Virus record (IMG/VR): IMGVR_UViG_3300026518_000006
Coordinates: 171,594 to 235,593 of that record
DNA length: 64,000 nt
Reading direction: 5' to 3' (one strand)
The notes under the pieces were generated by a model. That model was not told the origin of the DNA, searched no databases, and saw only the letters and a program-made list of their open reading frames with translations. Shown piece after piece: positions 1 to 11,593 of this stretch (positions are counted from its first letter, which is position 1; each line of letters starts with the position of its first letter). The translations under genes and the position numbers were made by a program.

Positions 1-357
1 ACTTATCAAAAAGTGATTCGTGATGGCGATTTTGTAGCAATAAGAGCGTCTATTATTTTATCTCACATTGAAACCTCAAGACAATTCATAATTAACCCTG
101 AATATAAAGGAAATGGAGGGTATATAATGAAACAAACCATAAAGACCATTCTTGATTCAGGAAAAACCTATCAATCTTTTTGGAATAGTAAAGTATTGAC
201 AATACTTAACGGATTTTTCAAGAATATGACAATTACTAAAATAAATAGTAAACTTAATTATATCGTTATATTTGATGGTGAATTAAACCCAAAAGAAACA
301 ATAAAGTATAATAGAAATATTGCATAGCAGTTTCATTATGCCCCTTATGGTTAAATT

Positions 358-365
358 TATAAATA
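358..365 (+). promoter_or_regulatory. T4-type late promoter TATAAATA (also at 7051, 15220, 23218, 23245 on +; 20083, 21679, 53962 on -)
   Basis: Consensus gp55 promoter a short distance upstream of structural-type genes. Confidence 0.75.
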
Positions 366-390
366 AGATAAATACCATAAGGATTATTGA

Positions 391-2652
391 ATGGCTAACT
401 CAAAAGATACTATACTTAATCTATTTCCTGATAACAATAATAATGAGATTACAGCTTCTAAAATAAGACAATTTGTAAGCTCAATTTTTGATGAGAAAAT
501 AGATATTAATGAAATCCAAAACCGCTTAACATCTACTGACACAGATAAACCACTATCTGCCAATATGGGTAGAGTTTTATCAGAAAGAGATGATAACCTA
601 CAACAACAAATAGACGGCAAAGAAAACTCTTTACCAAACGGAAATGCAGGGGATATTCTAGTATTAGACCCAAATGGGAATAAAGTATGGGAAGCCCCTA
701 CTGTTTATAACGAAACTATCGTATATGATGGACTTGATTCTTCATCTTCTATAGAAGCTTTGTCTGCTAATATGGGTAGAGAACTTGATAATAAAATTCA
801 AATTCAAGCTAATATAAACACAGCCCAAGACACACTCATCTCAGCCCTTGAAAATAGAGCTACTGTTAATGAAGCCGATATTCTTCAAAATAAAACCGAT
901 ATTTCACAAAATGCGTCTGATATAGCTCAGAATAGAACCGATATAAACCAAAATATTATCAGAATTAATGACAACAGAGCTGATATAGTATCAGCTAATC
1001 AACGAATTTCTCAAAACATCACGGACATCACACAAAATGCTTCTGATATTACAGCTTTGAGAAGTAGCTTAGATGCAACCAATATAAATGTTAGCACAAA
1101 TACTTCAAATATTGCTCAAAACACAGCAAATATTTCCCAAAACATAGGAGACATATCAACCCTACAAACACTTGTTGGCTGGGTAAATATTCCGAACCTT
1201 CAAGCACAAGTATCCGCAAATACAGCAGATATCAGTGGTCTACAGGGGATAGTAAGTGGTTACACAGGAATGATTAATGCGAATACATCAGCAATTCAAG
1301 CCAACACAAATGCTATTCAAGTAAATAAAGACGCAATTGTAGTGCTTGATACAAGAGTTACTTCAAATGACAGCGATATAACGAATCTACAAAATGTAGA
1401 CGCTCAACAACAAACGGAGATTGATGATTTAGAAAGTCGTGTTACACAAAATGAAAATGACATAGCCGTAAATGCGACTAATATAACAGCTAATGCAAAT
1501 GCTATATCAATCAACACTAATAATATCAATTCTAATGTCACGAATATAGCCAATAACCGCTCTGATATAGTCAATTTGAGAACAGACCTTGACACACAGG
1601 GTATTAGAATTACAACAAATGAAACGAATATTGCGGATAATGTGGCGGATATCGAAAGCAACAGACTCAATATTCTAAGACTTGGACAAGACCTTGAAAA
1701 TACTGATACTACCGTTGCTCAAATGCAGGTGCAGATTAACAGCAAAGAAGCATTTTTGGGACTCCCACCTGAAGACGGTATGGTGTTAGCTTCGATGACT
1801 AACGGCACAAGAATGTGGGTAGAAAATCAAGGCAGTGGCAGTGGTAATATCACTGTTATTGACCACTTAAATGGTGTTGGTCTTGCAGATGATGCCTTAT
1901 CAGCGAATCAGGGTTACATATTAAACCAAAAGGTAATCTCTAAAGAAGAATATTTGGGACTTCCATATATGGATAATATGGTCTTAACAAGCACATCTTC
2001 AGGGAATAGAATTTGGAAAGACCCAAGAATACTTAAAATTGATTATGGGGTATTCTATGGTGCAGGAAATAGAATTGTTAGCGCAACAATTACACCATCA
2101 GATGCTACATATTTTGAGAGTTCACAACCTGTTCAACTTATAGCGATAGCGACAAGAGCAGGAGGACAAGTTGAGGACATAACAACAAGAGCCGTTTGGA
2201 GTACAAACAACACGGCTATTCTAACGGTTAGTGATACGGGGGTTATTGTTCCTACAGGTACGGCATATGGTACAGCCATAGTCACAGCAGAAATTGATGA
2301 TGGTTCAGGAAGCAATGTTATCGTAGCTACAGCCAATATTACAATAGAACAGGTGCTTATAACTGATTTAACCCTTACCCCTGCTGATGCTGTTGTTGGA
2401 CAAAATGTGACAATCCATTATGTAGCCACCGCTACAAATAATGACGGTTCGACTGAAGATGTTACACAACTTTGTGATTGGTCGATAAATGACCCAAGTA
2501 TAGCGACTATACTAAATGCGTATCCTGATAAAGGAACGGTTATCACTAATAATAGTTTTGTTACAGGCACAGCCCATATTTCAGCGACAATTGATAATGG
2601 GGCAGGCACAGATATTTTAGGCACTACGAGTTTAAGTGTAACAACTTCTTAA
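391..2652 (+). CDS. Fibritin/whisker-like trimeric coiled-coil virion fibre with two C-terminal Ig-like (Big_2-type) domains
   Basis: Long heptad run with Asn/Ile cores (NxxxIxx); repeated LSANMGRxL/LSANQGYIL motifs; two C-terminal repeats of ITPxDA...ATA...G..EDVT....WS....IATI; TATAAATA late promoter at 358-365. Confidence 0.7.
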   Translation: MANSKDTILNLFPDNNNNEITASKIRQFVSSIFDEKIDINEIQNRLTSTDTDKPLSANMGRVLSERDDNLQQQIDGKENSLPNGNAGDILVLDPNGNKVWEAPTVYNETIVYDGLDSSSSIEALSANMGRELDNKIQIQANINTAQDTLISALENRATVNEADILQNKTDISQNASDIAQNRTDINQNIIRINDNRADIVSANQRISQNITDITQNASDITALRSSLDATNINVSTNTSNIAQNTANISQNIGDISTLQTLVGWVNIPNLQAQVSANTADISGLQGIVSGYTGMINANTSAIQANTNAIQVNKDAIVVLDTRVTSNDSDITNLQNVDAQQQTEIDDLESRVTQNENDIAVNATNITANANAISINTNNINSNVTNIANNRSDIVNLRTDLDTQGIRITTNETNIADNVADIESNRLNILRLGQDLENTDTTVAQMQVQINSKEAFLGLPPEDGMVLASMTNGTRMWVENQGSGSGNITVIDHLNGVGLADDALSANQGYILNQKVISKEEYLGLPYMDNMVLTSTSSGNRIWKDPRILKIDYGVFYGAGNRIVSATITPSDATYFESSQPVQLIAIATRAGGQVEDITTRAVWSTNNTAILTVSDTGVIVPTGTAYGTAIVTAEIDDGSGSNVIVATANITIEQVLITDLTLTPADAVVGQNVTIHYVATATNNDGSTEDVTQLCDWSINDPSIATILNAYPDKGTVITNNSFVTGTAHISATIDNGAGTDILGTTSLSVTTS

Positions 2653-2675
2653 TAAATAAATTAAAAGGAAAATAA

Positions 2676-4961
2676 ATGGCTATTCAATTTAAAGGTTCAA
2701 ATATATCAGGTGTAGTTCCTGATATGTCTGAATTAGCAGAAAGAGAAATCGGGATAAACACTGCTGATGGTAAACTCTTCACCAATGACGGCTCAGGCAT
2801 AATTGAAATTGATGCTTCAAAAACAAACACAGGTTTAGAATTAATCAATGGTGTTGTTAGTTGGAGATTAGTTGGTCAAAATGTTGGTCAAAGTATTGGG
2901 GTTAGTGCTATTGAATTATGTACAGATAATCCAAGTACAGGAGCGATTGGAAATTTTTCTATCGCAATAGGAGATAAAGCGACAGCATTAAATACAAGAG
3001 ATATCGCTATTGGTAATGATGTTGCCGTTGGAAGTCCCGATAGTCTTAGTATTGGTTATGATAATGTTGTTGGCTCAACAAATTCATCAGGCAATATAGT
3101 TATTGGTATTCATAACACCGCAACAAATTCGAATCCATCAAACAACAACACTATAATTTATGGCAATAATAATGATATTAGTGGATTTAACTCTATTGCG
3201 GTGGGATATAACAATACAAATGGAAGCTCAACAAATGAAAATAGTGTACTGTTTGGTGTAGGTTTGTCGGGGGGGGATAAGAAAACTGTAATTGGTATGT
3301 ATAATGACACAACAGCTATTCCAAATAGTGTATTTGAAGTTGGTGCGGGAAATCTTGCAGGAACAAAAACAGTATTCGGTATCAATAATGATGGGGTTGC
3401 TATAGTACCTACCGCTACACCTGCAAACATCACTAATGCAGGCGCATATGCAATAGTAACATCAGGATATCTTGCAGACCCCGCTACACTTGGTGTTTCT
3501 AAGGTAAATAATCAAACAGGTGAAGTATTCCTATACACTAATGATGTACCTACTTCGAATGATAAACTTTATATTAGTCAATCGAAACTTGATTTGATAG
3601 ATACAAATGCCTCAAATATCTCAACACTTGATTCAACAAAACAGGATAATATTATATACGGCAACGCAGGTCAAATTATGACCACAAACGGTGCTTCTGA
3701 TGGATATAATTGGATTGATTTCTCTATTCTAAATAATATCGATGTTGTTGACACAATGGGTTCAGCGGGTCAATATATGAGAGTCAACACAGCAGGCACT
3801 CAAATTATATTTGAAGATATGACTGCTACTGTTATCGGACTTGATAAAGTTGAAAATATGTCGCCATTAGAATTGGCTACTTCTGAGTTTCTACCTGATG
3901 GAACCACAAGAAACCCTATAGACCAACGATTTGATGGATTGGATGAAAACAAAATAAATGCTCCGGGAGTTCCTGACACAGACCAAGTTGGGGCGGTTTT
4001 ACAGGTAGAGTCTACAAATGGCGTGGACGCCTATACTACAAGATGGACGGATTTCACATTTTATGAGCTTGGTGATGTTACTCAATATGTCCCGACAACA
4101 GATGACGGCAAATTTTTGAGATTAGCAACTCCTTTGGTAAATGGTAGCCCTGCTGTTGTTTACGATAACATAGACCTCTCATATACAGCTTCTCCTACTG
4201 ATGGTAGTGTAGATATCAATAGCGGTACAAGTGCTGTTATCCCATTAGCTGATGGTACTAATGCGGGGCTTTTGGCACCTGCGGACTTTAATAAACTTAG
4301 CTACATCACTGTGACTGGAAATGTTGATTTAGATAATGTTGTAAGTGATACTTTAAGTTATGGTACAGCGGGGCAGGTATTAGCCACTAATGCTTCGGGT
4401 GATGGGTATGCTTGGGGCACAATTCCGAACACAGATTTATCTTACACTGCTTCGCCTACAGATGGTAAAGTAACAAGTTCAACAGGTACAGATGCTACAT
4501 TGCCTTTAGCTGATAGTACTAATGCAGGACTTTTATCGCCTGTTGGTTTTGATAAGCTTGGGTATATTAGTGTAACACAGGCTGTTGATTTAGATACAAT
4601 GGAAACGGATATAGCCACTAATGCAACCAACATAGCAAACAATACGACAGCAATCAACACAAAAGCGGAAAAGATTACCTACACAAGCCTTACCTCTAAT
4701 GGGATGGCTTCCGCTAATAATTACTATTTTGCTGATACTTCAGGGGGAGCAATTACATTAACCCTACCAAACGGTAATGCAGGTGATGTGGTTTATGTGC
4801 TTGATGTTGCAAACAGTTTTGCTACAAATAACTTAACTGTTGCGGTTCAAACTGGCGACTCAATAATGGGTGTTACAGATGGAACTGTTACACTATCTAC
4901 AGGAAATGAAGAAGCGAAAATGATTTACGCAGGTTCTGATTGGAGAGTAATAGAGTACTAA
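2676..4961 (+). CDS. Tail fibre / receptor-binding protein
   Basis: N-terminal L.E.EIGINTADGKLF fibre motif; YadA-head-like SIAIG/DIAIG/SLSIG repeats; duplicated DLSYTASPTDG...PLADxTNAGLL unit; C-terminal YFADTSGGAITLTLP...GD.V...D....FATNNLTV domain typical of T4-like baseplate/fibre proteins. Confidence 0.75.
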   Translation: MAIQFKGSNISGVVPDMSELAEREIGINTADGKLFTNDGSGIIEIDASKTNTGLELINGVVSWRLVGQNVGQSIGVSAIELCTDNPSTGAIGNFSIAIGDKATALNTRDIAIGNDVAVGSPDSLSIGYDNVVGSTNSSGNIVIGIHNTATNSNPSNNNTIIYGNNNDISGFNSIAVGYNNTNGSSTNENSVLFGVGLSGGDKKTVIGMYNDTTAIPNSVFEVGAGNLAGTKTVFGINNDGVAIVPTATPANITNAGAYAIVTSGYLADPATLGVSKVNNQTGEVFLYTNDVPTSNDKLYISQSKLDLIDTNASNISTLDSTKQDNIIYGNAGQIMTTNGASDGYNWIDFSILNNIDVVDTMGSAGQYMRVNTAGTQIIFEDMTATVIGLDKVENMSPLELATSEFLPDGTTRNPIDQRFDGLDENKINAPGVPDTDQVGAVLQVESTNGVDAYTTRWTDFTFYELGDVTQYVPTTDDGKFLRLATPLVNGSPAVVYDNIDLSYTASPTDGSVDINSGTSAVIPLADGTNAGLLAPADFNKLSYITVTGNVDLDNVVSDTLSYGTAGQVLATNASGDGYAWGTIPNTDLSYTASPTDGKVTSSTGTDATLPLADSTNAGLLSPVGFDKLGYISVTQAVDLDTMETDIATNATNIANNTTAINTKAEKITYTSLTSNGMASANNYYFADTSGGAITLTLPNGNAGDVVYVLDVANSFATNNLTVAVQTGDSIMGVTDGTVTLSTGNEEAKMIYAGSDWRVIEY

Positions 4962-4987
4962 CCTCTATTACTTGATAGTAGTTTTGA

Positions 4988-5016
4988 AGATTTTACTTTT
5001 CAAAAAAGTAAAATCT
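4988..5016. repeat. Dispersed palindrome copy (no adjacent early promoter)
   Basis: AGATTTTACTTTT-CAA-AAAAGTAAAATCT between convergent genes. Confidence 0.9.
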
Positions 5017-5026
5017 CTCAAAGAGC

Positions 5027-6586
5027 CTACATATCCTCAAAGTTAATTTTTTTGTGATTCTTGAGAGTAGGTGTTACACCATCACCATTTTCTGTAGTAT
5101 TGAGCCACAGAACTTTAGGTTTAAATTTCAACCAATTTTCATCAGTATCCACATCTTCAATATACATATCAGAAATCATAATCAGCACATCGGGCTTCGC
5201 ATTTTTGCTTTCAAGGAACGGCACAATAGCACCCATATATGTACCTCCATACCCTCTTCGTTTAAAGTGCTTATTTTTTTCTCCAAATTCTTCAATGCTT
5301 TTAATTTCTGTATCAATTTGAATAACCTTCAAATCGGTACCGTTAAGTTTAGCTACTTCCAAAATCTCAACAAGACCGTCCAAAATTTGTTCATCACTCA
5401 TAGACCCTGAAGTATCAACTCCAACATAAATTTCGTGTTTATCTTTTGTGACCTTTTTACCTCTTAGGTCAGTTCTTCTTGGAAATCTTCTATCTCTTCG
5501 TTTGATAGTAGGCTCTCTCTTTCCTGTTTTTGAGCTGAGTATTCTTCTCAGTTCTTTTTTCCAAGAAACTTTTGGTTTTCGTCTAAGGATATCCAAAATC
5601 TGCTCAATATCTCCCGGAAGATGACCTCTTTGGGTAGAACTCATAGAATCTTTAACCATTTTTTCTGCAACAGAGCGAGCGAGTTCTTCTGAGTCTTCAT
5701 CACTTTCACACCAAGTAGAATGATTGTCGATTGTATAACTTTTGTCGAGATTTGTTAAGTTAGGGTGTCCGTTAGAAGGCTCCCATTTACCACCATCTTG
5801 TTTTCCTGAGCCACCACAGGATTCACAAGGCTCTTTACCTCCATCTTCATTAGCTTGACTTTGACCATTTTCGTCTTTATTTCCATCTTCTTGACTTTGA
5901 CCATTTTCGTCTTTATTTCCATCTTCTTGACTTTGACCATTTTCGTCTTTATTTCCATCTTCCTTATTTTGACCATTTTCGTCTTTATTTCCATCTTCCT
6001 GATTTTGACCTTGGTTATTCTTGTCTTGTTCTCCTGAGCCACCACAACTTGAACAAGAGCTCTGATTTTTCATAAACTCACTTTTCTCTTTTTCTTGTTG
6101 TTTTTTTTCTTCTAAAAGGAGTTCATAGTATTGTTCAGCGGTAAGGTTTTGGGGGAAATCAAAATCTTCAGGATAAAGGGCTCCACCAACTTTTTTGCCT
6201 GTCACAGGGTCTTTTGTTCCTTGGGGAAGGTTTTTGATAAGTTGATTCATAGCGATATCAGAAGCGTAATTGAACAACTGATGGTCACGCTCACCCTGTC
6301 TGAAAATGTGTCCTGAAATAATATGGCGACTTTCGTGGACAAGAACTGCAATTCTTTCGAGCAAAGACCATTTTTTAAACTCATCCCCAATTGCAAGATT
6401 GTATGAGTTTCCTGAAAATGATACGCCTGCTGTTTTGATTTCGGGAATGAATTTAATGCGACATTTTGCAATAATAAAAGAGTAGAAAGACACATCAAGC
6501 ATCTCAGGGTTAGTCATCATATTCGCCAATGCTTCTTCGAAAGCGTCTCTGTCGGGCTGAATGTTATATTTCTTGTTTTCGGTCAT
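5027..6586 (-). CDS. VWA-domain protein with N-terminal putative metallopeptidase (DUF2201-like)
   Basis: HExxH (VHESRH), then NYASDIAMNQ; C-terminal MIDAS motif VDTSGSMS, GYGGT and MISD. Confidence 0.85.
   Translation of the reverse strand: MTENKKYNIQPDRDAFEEALANMMTNPEMLDVSFYSFIIAKCRIKFIPEIKTAGVSFSGNSYNLAIGDEFKKWSLLERIAVLVHESRHIISGHIFRQGERDHQLFNYASDIAMNQLIKNLPQGTKDPVTGKKVGGALYPEDFDFPQNLTAEQYYELLLEEKKQQEKEKSEFMKNQSSCSSCGGSGEQDKNNQGQNQEDGNKDENGQNKEDGNKDENGQSQEDGNKDENGQSQEDGNKDENGQSQANEDGGKEPCESCGGSGKQDGGKWEPSNGHPNLTNLDKSYTIDNHSTWCESDEDSEELARSVAEKMVKDSMSSTQRGHLPGDIEQILDILRRKPKVSWKKELRRILSSKTGKREPTIKRRDRRFPRRTDLRGKKVTKDKHEIYVGVDTSGSMSDEQILDGLVEILEVAKLNGTDLKVIQIDTEIKSIEEFGEKNKHFKRRGYGGTYMGAIVPFLESKNAKPDVLIMISDMYIEDVDTDENWLKFKPKVLWLNTTENGDGVTPTLKNHKKINFEDM
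5858..6010 (-). repeat. 36-bp tandem repeat x4 encoding GQxxEDGNKDEN
   Basis: TTGACCATTTTCGTCTTTATTTCCATCTTC recurs four times at 36-nt spacing. Confidence 0.9.
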
Positions 6587-6679
6587 TTTTTTACCTCTCT
6601 TTGGTTTTTATATAAGTAATTATAGTGTATAAAACCTTAAAGAGAGGTAAAAACTCATTTAAATATTATTTAAATGAAG

Positions 6680-7030
6680 TTATGCGAGTGGAATTTCTTC
6701 TTCATTAATATCATCTGTATCGTCAGATTTACACTCTTCATTTTCTTGGATAAAGTCATCAACCACAGTTTCAATAAGACGCTCTATTGTTTGGGTGAGG
6801 TCTGCATTAGGAAACAGCTTTGAAAATAATTCATTAAAATCATCTGCAATTTCAATTGTAATGCCACCTTCTTGTGTAAGTTCTGTATCTTCAGGAATTT
6901 TGATAGGTTCTTCACCATTCATAGCATACTCAGCCATTACCTGTACAAATAAACCCATATCAATGACCTGATTTGTGTCGAGTGGTTTTACTTCTGTTTC
7001 GGGTTGTTTGGTGTTTTTGTCTTTACTCAT
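6680..7030 (-). CDS. Acidic hypothetical protein (probable start MSKDKNT)
   Basis: AAGGA RBS before the ATG at 7030; the longer ORF call overlaps the divergent gene. Confidence 0.6.
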   Translation of the reverse strand: MSKDKNTKQPETEVKPLDTNQVIDMGLFVQVMAEYAMNGEEPIKIPEDTELTQEGGITIEIADDFNELFSKLFPNADLTQTIERLIETVVDDFIQENEECKSDDTDDINEEEIPLA

Positions 7031-7093
7031 AAGAGTCCTTTTTTTGTTTTTATAAATATAGTAATAATACAATACCAAAATTAAAGGAAGCTT

Positions 7094-7738
7094 ATGGCAA
7101 CTTATAAAACACCCGATTTCGGAAAATATTTTATGGAAAAAATCAACGAAAAACTCAGAGAGGAAAAATCTGATACCATTGATAAAGTTGATGAGGTTGG
7201 TACGAACCAAACAGAGGACATTATAGAGAGTTCTGTTACAGATGATGTTGCTTCAACTTATCAAGAAGGTGATGGTGATGCTACATATGGTGATTTAGTA
7301 GAACTAATCGGAGTCCTTGATGAAGAAGACTACAATGAAATTGCCGATTGTCTACTTGATTTTATGGACGAAAAATACGGTGATTTAGACGATGAAGATA
7401 TGGAATTTGACGATGAAGATATGGAAGAAGCCGTAGACGCTTTTGTTGAAACATTGATTATATCTGAGGAAAACCTTGATAATCTTACTGAAGATGAGCT
7501 TATTGAAATTGCCAAAAGATTTAAAAACTTCAACAAATCCCGTACATTTTTCACAAAAACTGCTTCTAAAATGAAAGTCGATAGACTTAAAAACAGAACA
7601 GTAAATCGTATCAAGAGAATTAAAGGCAGAGTTCAAAGAAAAAGAACTAGATTTGCCCGTAAAAAATACCAAAAATCAAGAAATCAAGCTATAAAGATAG
7701 GTAAGCATATCGTTAAAAAACACAGAGGTTTAAAATAA
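7094..7738 (+). CDS. Late protein, probable prohead core/internal head protein
   Basis: TATAAATA at 7051-7058; very acidic N-half and very basic C-terminal tail. Confidence 0.45.
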   Translation: MATYKTPDFGKYFMEKINEKLREEKSDTIDKVDEVGTNQTEDIIESSVTDDVASTYQEGDGDATYGDLVELIGVLDEEDYNEIADCLLDFMDEKYGDLDDEDMEFDDEDMEEAVDAFVETLIISEENLDNLTEDELIEIAKRFKNFNKSRTFFTKTASKMKVDRLKNRTVNRIKRIKGRVQRKRTRFARKKYQKSRNQAIKIGKHIVKKHRGLK

Positions 7739-7745
7739 CCTCTGT
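7722..7745. terminator. Hairpin between convergent genes
   Basis: ACAGAGGTT-TAAAAT-AACCTCTGT. Confidence 0.55.
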
Positions 7746-9364
7746 TAAGCGATTTCTATGTCATCGAATAAGCCCTCTAGTTCTTTATCGAGGGCTTCAT
7801 CAAGACTTGATTTAGCTTCTTTTTTTGTGGGGTTTGATGGGTTATTTGTCTCAATTGATGTATCATCTCCTACAGTTACATTTGCATTTTGAGATTTACC
7901 ACCAAACACACCTATATCCATATTTGGTATAGGCTGTGTTATATTCTCACCTTTTAAGTCTTCTGCTGTTTTAGGTGTTGTTTTAGGCGTTGTTTTTTGG
8001 TTGCTGTATATAACATTACCTCCATATTTAGACATATTTTCTTCATAATATCTATCTACAAATCTCATTTTGTTATAATCAAAACCCATTTCAACAGGAA
8101 ATGTTTTACCAGTCATACGGTTTTTTTCAAAGTTTACCTTTAATGTGCCTGTTTCTTTCATCTCTTTGGTTTGGAGTAACATAATCATACTATCACTAAA
8201 CATAGAGATACCCGCTGAATCTGATACTGTTTCTTGTCCTGCTTCAACATTCCCGATAGCCTGTCTGTTAAGTTGATGTGCTGTTAAAATAGGAATATAT
8301 AATTTTTGGGCAACTCCTCTTAATTCTGCCGTGACCGACTTCATATACTCATATGATGATGTTCCTGTAGCCATTCTTGATGAACTCAATAACCCCAAAT
8401 AATCAACGAATACAACCATATTTGAAAAGATGTCTTCAGGCGTTACTTCTTTTTCAGGGGTGCTTCTATCTTTTGCCAACTTAACAGCATATTTCTCCAA
8501 GTAGTTTTGAATCTGAATAGGAGACACACTGTATGATGGGTATTCTTTTACCACAAGAGTTCCAAGGTCGTGTTTAATATTGTCGAATATATTTTTTGTA
8601 TTGGTTTTATTCTCGGTATCAAGAGTTGTTATATCCATATTTAAAATATTAGCATATATACGCTTCATCCACTCAGCTTCATCCATCTCAAGAGTAAACA
8701 CAACAACATCTAATTGTTGTGTTAGAAATTGACAAGCAAAAGCACTCAACGAAGCCGATTTTCCAACCCCAGGAGGTGCAAGAAATGTGTGTAAAGTTTT
8801 CGGCAAAAACCCTCTTCCAAGCATAAAATCAAAAGTTCCTATGTTTGGCAAAAATCCTTGTGTATCGTCTTGATAATAGTCCAAGCAATAATCTAAATCT
8901 TCAACTGATGTTCCAAAATCATTATCAAGAGTTACTTTTTGAGCAATTTCAGCTATTGCAAAACTTTCAGCCAATTTCTCATTGTTATTTTCACTCATTG
9001 CTTCCGCACCCAATATGAGTGATTCTGTATGTATTGCTTTACGAATAAAATCCTCAGTCTTTTCCAAAAGTAGCTTTTCGTTTATGTGGGTGTCGGAATT
9101 TTTTATTTTTTTGAGGGCTTCTACTTCTACTGCTTGAGTTGATTTAGGGTCATCTTTAATCATAACCACCAAATCTTTAAATGTTGGCTTATCTCCTGTT
9201 TGAGTGTAAAAGTTCTTCATCTTTTCAAAGAGAGCACTATTTCCCACATCACTAAAAAATCGTGGCTTCATTAAAGGGACTACACTACCAAAATAAGACC
9301 CATCATTTAATAATTTGTGTAAAATCTCTTCTTCAAACAATCCCCGTGCGTTTATATCTTCCAT
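7745..9364 (-). CDS. gp41: Replicative DnaB-like helicase (T4 gp41-like)
   Basis: Walker A APPGVGKS, FTLEM, VFVDYLGL, TAHQLNR and KNR motifs. Confidence 0.92.
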   Translation of the reverse strand: MEDINARGLFEEEILHKLLNDGSYFGSVVPLMKPRFFSDVGNSALFEKMKNFYTQTGDKPTFKDLVVMIKDDPKSTQAVEVEALKKIKNSDTHINEKLLLEKTEDFIRKAIHTESLILGAEAMSENNNEKLAESFAIAEIAQKVTLDNDFGTSVEDLDYCLDYYQDDTQGFLPNIGTFDFMLGRGFLPKTLHTFLAPPGVGKSASLSAFACQFLTQQLDVVVFTLEMDEAEWMKRIYANILNMDITTLDTENKTNTKNIFDNIKHDLGTLVVKEYPSYSVSPIQIQNYLEKYAVKLAKDRSTPEKEVTPEDIFSNMVVFVDYLGLLSSSRMATGTSSYEYMKSVTAELRGVAQKLYIPILTAHQLNRQAIGNVEAGQETVSDSAGISMFSDSMIMLLQTKEMKETGTLKVNFEKNRMTGKTFPVEMGFDYNKMRFVDRYYEENMSKYGGNVIYSNQKTTPKTTPKTAEDLKGENITQPIPNMDIGVFGGKSQNANVTVGDDTSIETNNPSNPTKKEAKSSLDEALDKELEGLFDDIEIA

Positions 9365-9379
9365 AATATTCCTTTTATT

Positions 9380-9757
9380 TTAATCATAAAGAGTTTTGAA
9401 CTCTTCAATTTGTGGGTCTTTCATAAGCTCAAGATATTCTATTGCCGTTTCTATATTAATATTATAATATCTGCTTATATTTTCTAATAGTTTATTGTTC
9501 AACTTTTCTTTTTTCTGAGGTTGAATAAATTTTATCTTGCCCTTGAGTAGCTGTTTGGCAATATCATACTGAATGTTCAATGGAATTTCATTATAATATC
9601 TATTAATAATATTCCCTACAAATACCGACTGTGGATTATTACTCAAATATCTACAAAAGAAAAAAGAATTTATACTCATCTTTTCTTCATATGTTGGTTG
9701 ATAATCACTAAGAATAGATGTCATAATCTTGTATGGGTTTGGTTTTTTTGCCATCAC
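9380..9757 (-). CDS. gp62: Clamp loader small subunit (T4 gp62-like)
   Basis: NSFFFCRYLS...N...QYD...ISRYYNINIETAIEYL pattern; size about 125 aa. Confidence 0.7.
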   Translation of the reverse strand: MMAKKPNPYKIMTSILSDYQPTYEEKMSINSFFFCRYLSNNPQSVFVGNIINRYYNEIPLNIQYDIAKQLLKGKIKFIQPQKKEKLNNKLLENISRYYNINIETAIEYLELMKDPQIEEFKTLYD

Positions 9758-10140
9758 ATTCCTTTTTTAAAATTAATGTATTTTACTATCTTAAAATCAA
9801 GATAACCTTAAAAGGTTTCTTCAATAAATATCACATCTGTATATATAGTATTATTTGGAAATTTCATAACTATCAGATTGTTTTTATCAAAATTCCCAAT
9901 ATAGTTATCTACTTCTTCCCCATATATAAGGTAGTTTTGTTCTTAATTTAAGTTCATTTTCAATATCTTTATATTCTATTTTCTTCACTTTACAAAATCC
10001 TTTTCTGAAATATGTTTGAGCGAGTTTTGATTCGGGCGAAGTGCCTATAAACGCCTCTTCTTTAGTTTTAATACTTATGGCTCTAATTAAATAGTAATTA
10101 TTAGTCATATATGGACTTTCCATAAGCTTTAACGCACATA

Positions 10141-11593
10141 TCATATTAAAAACTCCGCATTTTCATTTTTAAAATTTTCCAACCTCTCTTTAAGTATCTC
10201 CAACATTTTATTTTCATAACTCCACTGTTTTTTTGCTTGGTTTAACCTTTCTTCATCAGAAGTATATCTCATTATGCTATCATAATATTCCAATGCACTA
10301 TATGTCTGATTTATAGAATTTTCTATATCAGCTAAAGTCTTGTTAAAATCTGCTTTAGTGAGTGGTCTTGTACTCATTTTAATCCCTTTATTATACCCAA
10401 TATTCAGGAAACTTTTTTATGTGTGCTTTTATTTCCCTTTTTATTTGTTCGGGAACTTTGGCGTTTTTGTTTGCTGTTATAATATTATGGTAATATTTAA
10501 ACAAATCCACTTTATTAGTGTATAAATTTTCCATATCAGTATTAAAAGTCATATAAAATATCTTTTCAGAGCGTCTATTTAAATCCCTAAAGCCATATCT
10601 ATATGAATATGGTTTAGGGTAAGTACTAATATTCTCAATATCTTCGACTATATATATTCTATATCCAACTTTAGTTTGAGAACTTCGTATAGCATATATT
10701 TTTTGCCCAAGCTCCAATTTTTCATCGGCTTTTATCATAACAAATCCTTATACAAATAATTCAGGAAATATCTCTTGATATCTCATACAACTCTCTTCTA
10801 AAAATTTTAGGTTCGATGGATTTTCTGTGAGTGTAAATCCAAAAACCTTGTATGCAATATACTCTTCCAAAACATCTAAAAATAAACTTTGGGATATAGT
10901 TAATTTTTTAGAGTGTGACAGCATACCTTCACTTATGTATTGCTCTACCTGCTTTTTAACTTCAGGGTCATAACAAAACTCATCTCCAAGAGGGTCATTC
11001 ATTTCGTTTTGATAATCCATTTATTCGAGTCCAAGATAAGATAGTCTTTCCTCTGCATCAATGAGCTTAATGTAATCTTCTTGAGATAACTTATAGTCAT
11101 TCAAAGTGGAAATTAACTTTCTCTTTTCCTCTTCAGATTTACCAACAACATTTATTTCGTCTAATTTCCTACAAAAATAATTGTAATCTTTTGACAACTT
11201 TGAAGTAATATTTTTAAGCTTGTTATATTCGGCTATAACCGCTCTCCCTGTCATTGGGTTATCTTCTATTTTTAAAAACAGTCTAATGTTAATATCTCCT
11301 GTTCTATCGAAATCATTACTATAATCTATATAGTATTTTCCTAAGAAGTACTCTCTACTTTCTTGAGAGATATCATCAAAATCATACCAATTGTAATACA
11401 TTTCACCATCAGCTTCATCATATCCTTCATCAACAATATTTCTAATATCTCTATAATCACCGTGGTTATTTGAAAACCCAAAATCAGTGAGAATATTAAA
11501 AAAATGCCCCTTATGACCATAGTGTAGGTCTGCCAAAAACTCAATAACTGCTTTAAAATCCTCTTGCTTGGTTAAATCATATGTTCCTACCAT
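10141..11593 (-). CDS. Run of four small hypothetical genes (10141-10377, 10391-10738, 10748-11020, 11021-11593); the first three end in the PEYFI-type tag
   Basis: Closely packed ORFs with RBSs; C-termini NAEFLI, FPEYWV, FPELFV. Confidence 0.7.

Noticed and set aside
384-4660. Antisense ORFs over the fibre genes, and similar shadow ORFs throughout the window
   Set aside because: They lie opposite long, well-supported genes, lack RBSs and reflect codon bias.
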